This document shows, piece after piece, positions 1 through 7,339 of a DNA stretch of 12,556 nucleotides. The translations under genes were made by a program, and so were the position numbers. The DNA is from Candidatus Bipolaricaulia bacterium (GTDB lineage: Bacteria > Bipolaricaulota > Bipolaricaulia > JBHIAT01): positions 1-12,556 of the forward strand of contig JBHIAT010000108.1 in NCBI GenBank assembly GCA_046758705.1. Reading direction: 5' to 3'. The notes below the pieces were generated by a model. That model did no database searches. It was not told the origin of the DNA and was given only the letters and a program-made list of their open reading frames with translations. Position 1 is the first letter of the stretch, and each line of letters opens with the position of its first letter.

Positions 1-2
1 TC

Positions 3-842
3 CAGGGATATATGTTCATCCTGCCCTGCCTGTTGATGTTGCTGCTCGTCCTGGGGTTCCCCGCGTTTATGGCGGTACTGAACAGCTTCACACCGATTTG
101 GTCCGAGGTTAAGACGTTCACCACCCAAAACTACGTGAAGCTCGCCAAGGATGCGCTCTTTTGGAACGCCCTGGCAAAAACCCTCATCTTTGTCGGAGGG
201 ACTGTGTTCCTACACCTCGTCGTGGGGTTGGCCGTCGCTGTAGCGCTGAACGCACAAATCAAGGCAAGGCGGTTTTTCCGGGTGGTGGCCATCCTCCCCT
301 GGACCGTGCCGGATGTGATCTCCGGCCTGGTCTGGCGCTTCATGTACAATCCCACCTCAGGTATCATCAACGACCTGTTGTTCCGGATGAGGGTGACCAA
401 CAACTACATCGAGTGGCTGGCCGACCCTAAGTTGGCCCTGCCCAGCGTGATCTTCGCGGACGTATGGCGCGGCTACCCGTTCGTGATGATCATCCTGCTG
501 GCGGGATTACAGGCGATCCCTCGGGAACTTTATGAGGCAGCCAAGATGGACGGTGCTTCGGTGTTTAAAGAGTTCCGTTACATCACCATCCCCAGCCTCA
601 AAAGAATAATCCTCATTGCGGCGGCTTTGGACATAATCTGGCAGTTCAGACGGTTTGGCCTCGTTTACAACATGACCTTGGGAGGTCCCGGCCACGCCAC
701 CGAAATCCTGTCTCTATATGTCTACAAGCAATATTTCAGGTACTTTAACTTCGAATATGCCTCGGCGATCGCCGTGGTGATGGCCGTCATCATGCTGGCC
801 ATTAGCTTTCCCTATGTGCGCATGATCGTTCGGAGGGTCTGA
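3..842 (+). CDS. Carbohydrate ABC transporter (CUT1) permease, MalF/UgpA-like; probably 5'-truncated by the window edge
   Basis: Multiple hydrophobic segments, 'ILPWTVPDVISGLVWRFMYNPTSGIIN', 'DVWRGYPFVMIILLAGLQAIP' and the EAA loop 'ELYEAAKMDGAS'. The frame is open upstream of ATG 12 (cag gga tat atg = QGYMFILP, resembling the usual GYLFILP first-helix motif), so the real start likely lies left of the window. Confidence 0.93.
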   Translation, partial: QGYMFILPCLLMLLLVLGFPAFMAVLNSFTPIWSEVKTFTTQNYVKLAKDALFWNALAKTLIFVGGTVFLHLVVGLAVAVALNAQIKARRFFRVVAILPWTVPDVISGLVWRFMYNPTSGIINDLLFRMRVTNNYIEWLADPKLALPSVIFADVWRGYPFVMIILLAGLQAIPRELYEAAKMDGASVFKEFRYITIPSLKRIILIAAALDIIWQFRRFGLVYNMTLGGPGHATEILSLYVYKQYFRYFNFEYASAIAVVMAVIMLAISFPYVRMIVRRV

Positions 843-1678
843 TGAGGAGGAAATTGAGCCCCGGTATTATCATCATCTACCTGTTCTTGGCCGTGATCTT
901 TTTGTATAACATCGTCCCGTTTGTCTGGATGGGGTTTACCTCCCTGAAGACCGACAAAGAGGCCTACGCCATCCCTCCCACTCTCTGGCCCCAACAGCCC
1001 ACGCTTGAGGACGGGTACATTCAGGTGCTCGTGTGGACGAACTTCCCCCGCTTCTTCTTGAACAGCACCATTATCTCTTTGAGTACCGCTTTGCTGTCCA
1101 CGTTTATCGGATCGCTGGCCGGTTACGGCTTTTCCCGCTTCAACTTTCGGGGACGCGCGACGTTGATCGGGGTGATCTTAGCCAGCCAAATGCTCCCTGG
1201 AGTGCTTCTGGTCGGGCCATACTTCAAAATGCTCGCCAGGATCGGTCTCTACAACACCTACCCAGGCTTGATCCTGGCGTTCACCACCATCACCTTGCCG
1301 TTTAGCACCTGGATGCTCAAGGGCTTTACAGACACCGTGCCTGATGAGCTGGACCAGGCAGCTCTGATCGACGGTTGTACCCGACTCGGCGCCTATTTCA
1401 GGGTGATCCTGCCTGCGATCGCCCCCGGCATGGTGGCAACCGTGATCTTCGCGTTCTTGCTGGCTTGGGGGGATCTGCTTTGGGTGCTGGTTCTGACCAG
1501 CGGCGAGGCCATGACCACAGTCACGCTCGGACTCACCCGCTTGGTCACCCAGTTTCGCATCATCTGGCCTCAACTGATGGCCGGTTCTGTGGTCGCGGCG
1601 CTACCACCCATCATATTGTACCTGATTTTGCAGAACTATCTGGTTAAGGGCCTCACCGGCGGGGCGGTGAAAGAATAG
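842..1678 (+). CDS. Carbohydrate ABC transporter (CUT1) permease, MalG/UgpE-like
   Basis: 'PFVWMGFTSLK', 'FLNS', 'LAGYGFSRFNFRG', EAA-like loop 'PDELDQAALIDGCTRLGAYFRVILP', 'WPQLMAGSVVAALPPIILYLILQNYLVKGLTGGAVKE'. TGATG stop/start overlap with the upstream permease. Confidence 0.95.
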   Translation: MRRKLSPGIIIIYLFLAVIFLYNIVPFVWMGFTSLKTDKEAYAIPPTLWPQQPTLEDGYIQVLVWTNFPRFFLNSTIISLSTALLSTFIGSLAGYGFSRFNFRGRATLIGVILASQMLPGVLLVGPYFKMLARIGLYNTYPGLILAFTTITLPFSTWMLKGFTDTVPDELDQAALIDGCTRLGAYFRVILPAIAPGMVATVIFAFLLAWGDLLWVLVLTSGEAMTTVTLGLTRLVTQFRIIWPQLMAGSVVAALPPIILYLILQNYLVKGLTGGAVKE

Positions 1679-1704
1679 AATAGGGGAAAGGGAGGTTCAG
1701 TAAC

Positions 1705-2451
1705 ATGAAATTGGCGGGCAAGGTGGCCCTAGTCACCGGCGCCGCCCGAGGCATAGGTGCAGCCATAGCGCTTACGCTGGCCCGGGAAGGGGCGGACGTC
1801 GTCGTCAACGATGTGGACTGGGAAGGTGCCCAACGGGTGGCAAACAAGATTGAAAAACTGGGGCGCAAAGCTAAGGCCATCCCGGCCGACGTCTCCCAAC
1901 GCGAAGCGGTCCAACGGTTGGTGAGCGATGCCCTCTCCTTCTTTGGCAGGATCAATATCCTCGTCAACAACGCCGGGATCATCCGGCGGGGAACCTTCGT
2001 TGAGCACAGTCCACAGGAGTGGGAGGAGGTGCTTAAGATCAACCTGGGAGGAACGTTCAACTGCGCCCATCAGGTGGTCCCCGTTATGATCAAACAGGGA
2101 GCCGGGAAGATCATCAATATCTCCTCGGTAGCGGGCAAGATCGGAGATATCGCCGCTGCCCCGTCCTACGGGACCTCCAAGGGCGCGATCAACGCCTTTA
2201 CCAAATCTCTGGCACGGGATTTAGCCCGTTATGGGATCAACGTGAACGCCGTAGCCCCGCATGCCATTGAGACCGAAATGAGTCGTGAGTGGTCTGAGGA
2301 GAAGCGCCGGGGGATTGTAGAGGCCATTCCGTTAAAGAGGCTGGGGAAACCACAAGACGTGGCCGAAGCGGTTGCGTTTCTCGCCTCTGACGCCGCAGAC
2401 TTCATCACCGGCGAGATCATCGACGTCAACGGCGGATACCTGATGGATTAA
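1705..2451 (+). CDS. Classical SDR oxidoreductase (FabG-like fold), probably NAD(H)-preferring
   Basis: TGAARGIG Rossmann motif, NNAG, catalytic 'NISS' and YGTSK, C-terminal 'ITGEIIDVNGG'. RBS GGAGGT at 1691-1696. Asp at the end of beta-2 (VVVND). Confidence 0.93.
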   Translation: MKLAGKVALVTGAARGIGAAIALTLAREGADVVVNDVDWEGAQRVANKIEKLGRKAKAIPADVSQREAVQRLVSDALSFFGRINILVNNAGIIRRGTFVEHSPQEWEEVLKINLGGTFNCAHQVVPVMIKQGAGKIINISSVAGKIGDIAAAPSYGTSKGAINAFTKSLARDLARYGINVNAVAPHAIETEMSREWSEEKRRGIVEAIPLKRLGKPQDVAEAVAFLASDAADFITGEIIDVNGGYLMD

Positions 2452-2455
2452 CACC

Positions 2456-3229
2456 ATGACATATCAGGGGATTAGCATAGCGGGCAAAGTGGCGGTGGTG
2501 ATCGGGGGGACCGGTGGGATCGGCCAGGCTATTGCACTGGGGATGGTCCGTGAGGGGGCCTCGGTCATCCCCACAAGCCGAAACCTTGACCGGGTGAAAC
2601 AGGCGGTCAATCTGATCACGCAGCACGGGGGCAGGTCCCTGGTCTGCCCGGTGGATACCACAGACGAAGCCAGCCTTCAGGAGCTTCGCACGAACGTGAT
2701 CGAGGAATTTGGCAGAGTGGATATCTTGGTCAACTCTGCCGGAATCCACCTCAGAAAGCCGACGATTGAAACCACGGAGGCGGAGTGGAACACGGTGCTA
2801 GACATCAATCTTACCGGGCCATTTCTCGCCTGCAAGGTCATCGGGCAAACCATGATCACCCAAGGTAGGGGTAAGATCATCAACGTGGCCTCGGTGGCCT
2901 CGTTTGTCTCGCTGTTCGAGGCTCCTGCGTACTGTGCTAGCAAGGCAGGACTGTTGCAGTTGACCCGCTCTCTGGCCCAGGAATGGGCCAGGTACAACGT
3001 AAACGTCAATGCCATCGTCCCTGGCTTCTTCTTGACGTTGCTGAACAGAGAGATTCTGGAGAAGGATCCGGAGCGGCGCAGTCTGATCGAGGGGAAGACC
3101 CCGATGGGACGACTCGGGGATGCTGAGGAGCTCGTCGGTGCGGCGGTATACTTGGCCTCCGATGCCGCCGATTTTGTCACCGGGGCGGCAATCTCGGTCG
3201 ATGGGGGATTTTTAACAGCGGGGGTTTGA
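2456..3229 (+). CDS. Classical SDR oxidoreductase (gluconate 5-dehydrogenase/KduD-like), probably NADP(H)-preferring
   Basis: GGTGGIG, NSAG, 'NVAS', YCASK, 'LTRSLAQEWA', 'PGFFLT', 'TPMGRLG..EELVGAAVYLASDAADFVTG..ISVDGG'. Starts 4 bp after the previous stop. Confidence 0.92.
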   Translation: MTYQGISIAGKVAVVIGGTGGIGQAIALGMVREGASVIPTSRNLDRVKQAVNLITQHGGRSLVCPVDTTDEASLQELRTNVIEEFGRVDILVNSAGIHLRKPTIETTEAEWNTVLDINLTGPFLACKVIGQTMITQGRGKIINVASVASFVSLFEAPAYCASKAGLLQLTRSLAQEWARYNVNVNAIVPGFFLTLLNREILEKDPERRSLIEGKTPMGRLGDAEELVGAAVYLASDAADFVTGAAISVDGGFLTAGV

Positions 3230-3240
3230 GCCAGCGCCCC

Positions 3241-3954
3241 TCATTTCAAGCGCTTGATCACCACGTCATAGTGAGCCCGCATTGCCTCAAGAGTTGCCTC
3301 AAAATCTCGTTGCTCAAGGGCGGCAAACAGCCGCTGATGGGCAACTAGGGTCTCCTGCGCCCGGGACCTGTCCAATACGTAATACTCCAAGCGCTCCTCC
3401 TGCAAGAGTTCCATCACCCGAACCAGATAATGGATGAGGCGGAGCAAAATCGGGTTCCGGGCAGCCTTGGCGAGCGCGAGGTGAAAATTCATGTTCACAT
3501 CGAGATAGCGCTCATAATCTTGAGACGCGACCGCTTCCTCCATCTGCTGTAGGAGCCCCTTCAATTGGGCAATCTCCCCATCGCTCGCCCGTTTGACAGC
3601 CAGACGGGCTGTCAGTTCATCCAAGGCCTTGCGGACTTCAAGGGCTTCCAGGAAGCTTCCGCTCTCGACCAAGCTGGCCAGCGCCTTCAGCTCCTCTTTG
3701 GGACTCCCCTCTGCCTTACGGACATAGGTCCCTTCCCCGTGGATGATCTCTACGATCCCCAGAAGCTCCAGAGCGCTGAGCGCCTCACGGATCGTGGTGC
3801 GACTGACCCCCAATCGTTTGGCCAACTCCCCTTCGGAAGGCAGCTTATCCCCCGGGCGATAGATCTCATTGCGGATAGCATTCTGGATCTGTTCGATCAC
3901 CCGGTCGCGCTTGCTTTTGCTGCCTAACTTCTCAAAAGGATCTCGCTGTTTCAT
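3241..3954 (-). CDS. GntR-family transcriptional regulator, FadR subfamily (FCD effector domain)
   Basis: N-terminal winged HTH 'PGDKLPSEGELAKRLGVSRTTIREALSALELLGIVEIIHGEGTYV'. FCD signatures 'LEVRKALD', 'NMNFHLALAKAARNPIL', 'AHQRLFAAL..RD', 'MRAH'. Confidence 0.95.
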   Translation of the reverse strand: MKQRDPFEKLGSKSKRDRVIEQIQNAIRNEIYRPGDKLPSEGELAKRLGVSRTTIREALSALELLGIVEIIHGEGTYVRKAEGSPKEELKALASLVESGSFLEALEVRKALDELTARLAVKRASDGEIAQLKGLLQQMEEAVASQDYERYLDVNMNFHLALAKAARNPILLRLIHYLVRVMELLQEERLEYYVLDRSRAQETLVAHQRLFAALEQRDFEATLEAMRAHYDVVIKRLK

Positions 3955-3981
3955 CCCCGCTTCTTCCAGATAGAAGCTTCA

Positions 3982-4017
3982 GGATGGGACAGACTCCTGG
4001 GAGAGCCTGTCCCATCC
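3982..4017 (-). terminator. Strong GC-rich stem-loop between the SBP gene and the regulator gene (mRNA stabiliser or partial terminator; no U-tract)
   Basis: Perfect 11-bp inverted repeat GGATGGGACAG (3982-3992) / CTGTCCCATCC (4007-4017). On the - strand transcript it extends by a G-U pair and CTC/GAG to about 15 bp. It lies about 35 nt downstream of the SBP stop. Confidence 0.6.
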
Positions 4018-4052
4018 GATTCAGCATCAGTCAAGTTTACGAAGCACACAGG

Positions 4053-5297
4053 TCAACACAAGTCGGTCACCACATCATCGCCAAAGGAACGATCGGCGAC
4101 GAGGATCACCTGGGCTTGGGAGTAGGTCGCCACCCCGGTGCGCATGTCCGCCTGCCCACACGGGAGGAAACCGTAAGTTCCATAAGGCAAATCAAACTTC
4201 GCCCCCGAGAGGATATGGTTGGTAACCGTCCGCGCATTGACGGAGTTTGCGGCTTCGATCGCTTGTTTGACCAGTTGTACACTCCCCCAGCCCCAGCCGT
4301 TGTTCCGGGTGGCCGGTCGGCCACGTCTGCCGATGAAGGCATTGTTCATCGCTTTCGCTCCTGGCTCTGGCTCAACCCGAGGGAAGGTGCGCAAATTCGT
4401 CCCATTGTCGAAGACCCAGGGGAAGAAGAAGCCATCCGCTTTGCCCGCCTCAGCGACCGCTGATTTGAAGGAGACGTCGTTGAGCAAGTCACTCCCATAG
4501 AACGTCTGGGTCAGATCCAGCTCCCGGTACTGATTAGCCAGGTTGATCTCCTCGAAGGCGAGCCCAATCGCCAGCAGGGCCTCGGCTTCCGAAGCCTTAA
4601 CTTTGGTCAGCTCTGGGGTGAAATCGGACTTAAACGGGGTGGTGAACTCCTTCTGAATGATCTCTCCCCCCAATTGGTTTAAGACCTTCTCGAACTCCTC
4701 GACCATGGAGCGACCGAAGTCCGTGTTTTGCCCAATGGCGAAGAACCTCTTGTCTCCATTGACTGAAGCGGCGTACTTGGCCAGCGGCGCCATCTCGGTT
4801 TTGGCCTGGGGGCCCAAGCGAACCGACCGGACTGCGTTAGCCTGCCGGCGCGCTTCTCCGGTGAGAGTCGTGGCAAAGGCAAAGACGATTTGGGGAATTC
4901 CGGCAGCCGCGAAGATGGGCTGCTCCGCTAACGCAGCTGAACTACAGAAATCCCCCATCACAAAGTCTGCATCGATCAACCTCCGCGCGACCCTGGCACC
5001 CTCATCGGGATTGCACTTGGAGTCTTCGAAGGCCAGCTCGATCTGGACCTCGCCAGCGATACCCCCCTCCCCGTTGATGAGATCTCGAGCCAGCTCAGCT
5101 CCATCTTTGACCTCACGTCCCTCCCGAGCGACCGCCCCGGTCAGGGGAAAGACCCCGCCGATCTTAATGGAGGAGGACAACTGAGCTCCAAACGCTCCCC
5201 GGCTCAGTGCTCCTCCAATCGTCAATCCTACTATACCACCGCCTGCATACTGGAGAAACTTCCTCCGACTGATCTGTCCTTTGGTTCCATCCAACAT
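4053..5297 (-). CDS. ABC transporter solute-binding protein, LivJ/LivK (HAAT, periplasmic binding protein type 1) family, with twin-arginine signal peptide
   Basis: 'IKIGGVFPLTGAVAREG..V.DGAELA.D.INGEGGI.G', 'EDSKCNP', 'MGDFCSS', 'TDFGRS', 'DFTPELTKVKAS'. N-terminal 'SRRKFLQ' plus a hydrophobic stretch and AFG-A. RBS AGGAGGT on the - strand at 5312-5306. Confidence 0.92.
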   Translation of the reverse strand: MLDGTKGQISRRKFLQYAGGGIVGLTIGGALSRGAFGAQLSSSIKIGGVFPLTGAVAREGREVKDGAELARDLINGEGGIAGEVQIELAFEDSKCNPDEGARVARRLIDADFVMGDFCSSAALAEQPIFAAAGIPQIVFAFATTLTGEARRQANAVRSVRLGPQAKTEMAPLAKYAASVNGDKRFFAIGQNTDFGRSMVEEFEKVLNQLGGEIIQKEFTTPFKSDFTPELTKVKASEAEALLAIGLAFEEINLANQYRELDLTQTFYGSDLLNDVSFKSAVAEAGKADGFFFPWVFDNGTNLRTFPRVEPEPGAKAMNNAFIGRRGRPATRNNGWGWGSVQLVKQAIEAANSVNARTVTNHILSGAKFDLPYGTYGFLPCGQADMRTGVATYSQAQVILVADRSFGDDVVTDLC

Positions 5298-5298
5298 G

Positions 5299-5308
5299 GG
5301 TTATAACC
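5299..5308. promoter_or_regulatory. Candidate GntR-family operator palindrome GGTTATAACC
   Basis: Perfect 10-bp palindrome fitting the GT-N(x)-AC GntR consensus, overlapping the SBP ribosome-binding region. The core GTTATAA recurs at 5345-5351 over the -10 elements. Confidence 0.4.
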
Positions 5309-5322
5309 TCCTTCGTCCTTGT

Positions 5323-5352
5323 TTGTTTGATGAACCTCTCTGAAGTTATAAT
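5323..5352 (+). promoter_or_regulatory. Putative sigma70-type promoter for the livH...amidohydrolase operon
   Basis: Perfect -10 TATAAT at 5347-5352, with a weak -35 TTGTTT at 5323-5328 (18-bp spacer). Confidence 0.5.
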
Positions 5353-5377
5353 ACAACCGACATCATATATCCGTCAA
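5348..5377 (-). promoter_or_regulatory. Putative sigma70-type promoter for the SBP-regulator operon
   Basis: On the - strand: TTGACG (5377-5372), 18-bp spacer, TATTAT (5353-5348). Each hexamer is a 5/6 match to consensus. Confidence 0.6.
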
Positions 5378-5435
5378 GAGGGAGAGCGGTTACCTGGACT
5401 AACAGACTTGAGGAGTTAACGGGGGTTGACTTCAG

Positions 5436-6314
5436 ATGGATCTGAGTAGTTTCTTGTTCTTTCAGTCTTTGATCAGCGGTCTGTTCATCGCCAGCGTCTA
5501 CGCGCTTGTGGCTCTTGGCCTGACACTGATCTTCGGGGTGATGGACATTGCCGACTTCGCCCAAGGCGCGCTCTACATGCTGGGGGCTTACGTGAGTTTC
5601 TACGCGCTCGATTTCTTGGGCATCCCCTATTTCTTCACTTTGCCGTTGGCGATGCTGTTTGTGGGAATCGTCGCCATCTCGAACAATCTCCTCGTTTATC
5701 GACCGTTGCGCCGGGCGGGAGGGGCGGCCACCTTTATCGCCGCCTTAGGCATTCTTCTCATCATCCAAAACCTGGCCTTGATCGTCTTTGGGTCCGATTT
5801 CCGGATTCTCCGCTCCCCGTTTGGCGAAGGCAAGCTGATCCTGGGGGAGATCATTCTCACCCACCACAAGCTCTTTGTCATGGGAGCTACAGTCATTTTA
5901 ATCCTGGCCGTCTGGCTCTTCTTGCGGCGGACCAAGATGGGAAAGGCACTGAGGGCAATGTCCCAGAATCGAGTTGGGGCAGCGCTGGTGGGCATCAACA
6001 CCAATCGGATTGCTATCGTGACGTTTGCCCTTGCAGGTGCCCTGGCTGGGGGAGCCGGCGCGCTCATCTCCCCGATTCGCCCTTTCGATCCTAACATCGG
6101 GACTCTGGTCATTTTAAAATCTTTTGCCATCGTGATCTTTGGTGGTATGGGAAGCGTCCAGGGAGCGCTCGTAGGCGCGTTGATCCTCGGGGTGGCGGAG
6201 ACGATGACCGCAGCCTTTCTCGCCTCGGAGTTCAGTGATTTGGCGGCCTTTGTGCTTCTGATCTTGATCCTGTTGTTCCGCCCTCAGGGACTCTTTGGAG
6301 GAAGGGCTGCCTGA
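5436..6314 (+). CDS. livH: Branched-chain amino acid-type (HAAT) ABC transporter permease, LivH-like
   Basis: 'YALVALGLTLIFGVMDIADFAQGALYMLGAY', 'RTKMGKALRAMSQN...AALVGIN', 'KSFAIVIFGGMGSVQGA', 'LLFRPQGLFG'. Confidence 0.93.
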   Translation: MDLSSFLFFQSLISGLFIASVYALVALGLTLIFGVMDIADFAQGALYMLGAYVSFYALDFLGIPYFFTLPLAMLFVGIVAISNNLLVYRPLRRAGGAATFIAALGILLIIQNLALIVFGSDFRILRSPFGEGKLILGEIILTHHKLFVMGATVILILAVWLFLRRTKMGKALRAMSQNRVGAALVGINTNRIAIVTFALAGALAGGAGALISPIRPFDPNIGTLVILKSFAIVIFGGMGSVQGALVGALILGVAETMTAAFLASEFSDLAAFVLLILILLFRPQGLFGGRAA

Positions 6315-7330
6315 TGAGCATAGATAGAAGTCGGAAGCCGGAGATACGACGAGCCATTCAGAAGACCCAGCTCCTTCTCGCCACCGGGACGATCCTCCTC
6401 GGCTTGAGCCTTCCTTTTCTGTTCACCAGCCCTTCCCACCGCAATCTGCTCATCCTGATTGCCATCAACGTAATCCTGGTAGCCAGTCTGGATCTGCTCA
6501 TTGGATATACCGGCCTCATGTCCTTAGGTCACGGCGGCTTCTGGGGGATCGGAGCCTATACCTCAGCCTTGCTGGTCATGAGAGCGGATATTCCCTTCCT
6601 CGGAGGATTGGTGGGGGCAGCCCTCGTGGCGATGGCCTCTGGAGCCATCATTGGCTATCCCTTTTTAAAGCTCAGAGGGCATTATTTCGTGGTGGTGACC
6701 TTCATCACCGCCATCATCTTGACACTCTTATTTACGAGCCTCATCAGCGTTACCCGAGGCCCGATGGGGCTGCCAGGAATCCCCTTCCCCAAGGTGGAGA
6801 TCCCCGGCCTCTTCTCTTACACCTTTAACCCGTTCAGATCCACGTTAAGCTATTACTATTTGGTGTTGGTGTTTGTTTTTTTGGCCCTGATCGTAAAATC
6901 TAGAATCGTCCGTTCCAAGATGGGACGCGCTCTCACCGCCATCAAAGAGGACGAAGATTTAGCTCAATCGATCGGGATTCACACCCATCGGTACAAGCTG
7001 CTTATCTTCGCGATCAGTGCAGGCTTTGCCGGACTGGCTGGCTCTCTCTATGCCCATTACGTAACCTTTATCGGCCCGGATTCCTTTACGTTCATCGAAT
7101 CGTTCAACCTGTTCGTCATGAACCTGGTTGGGGGAGCGGGAACACTTATGGGACCGGTGATCGGTCCGACGTTCCTGACCCTGGTGGAGGAGTTTGCCCG
7201 GGTCTTTTCTCCCGTCATCGCTGAAATCGCCTTCGGCGTCCTCCTCATCGTTACCATCACCTTCCTGCCCAGTGGGATCGTCGGGGGAATCCGGCAGCTA
7301 TGGGGGCGACTGACCGATGGCAAGGGGTGA
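6314..7330 (+). CDS. livM: HAAT ABC transporter permease, LivM-like
   Basis: 'SLDLLIGYTGLMSLGHGGFWGIGAY', 'LKLRGHYF', 'TRGPMGL', 'SKMGRALTAIKEDEDLAQSIGI...YKL', 'VGGAGTLMGPVIG', 'LPSGIVG'. TGATG overlap with livH. Confidence 0.93.
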   Translation: MSIDRSRKPEIRRAIQKTQLLLATGTILLGLSLPFLFTSPSHRNLLILIAINVILVASLDLLIGYTGLMSLGHGGFWGIGAYTSALLVMRADIPFLGGLVGAALVAMASGAIIGYPFLKLRGHYFVVVTFITAIILTLLFTSLISVTRGPMGLPGIPFPKVEIPGLFSYTFNPFRSTLSYYYLVLVFVFLALIVKSRIVRSKMGRALTAIKEDEDLAQSIGIHTHRYKLLIFAISAGFAGLAGSLYAHYVTFIGPDSFTFIESFNLFVMNLVGGAGTLMGPVIGPTFLTLVEEFARVFSPVIAEIAFGVLLIVTITFLPSGIVGGIRQLWGRLTDGKG

Positions 7331-7339
7331 ATAACAGGA

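Noticed and set aside
1705-2451. fabG assignment
   Set aside because: No fatty-acid synthesis neighbours, an NAD-type Asp, and the FabG 'GNxGQxNY' segment is replaced by 'GDIAAAPSY'.
5346-5564. 72-aa - strand ORF or leader peptide crossing the divergent promoter region
   Set aside because: Mostly antisense to livH, with no RBS or attenuator-like codon run. It overlaps the predicted promoters.
6876-6882. T7 homopolymer in livM as a phase-variation tract
   Set aside because: Short, in frame, and explained by Val-Phe-Leu codons in a transmembrane helix.
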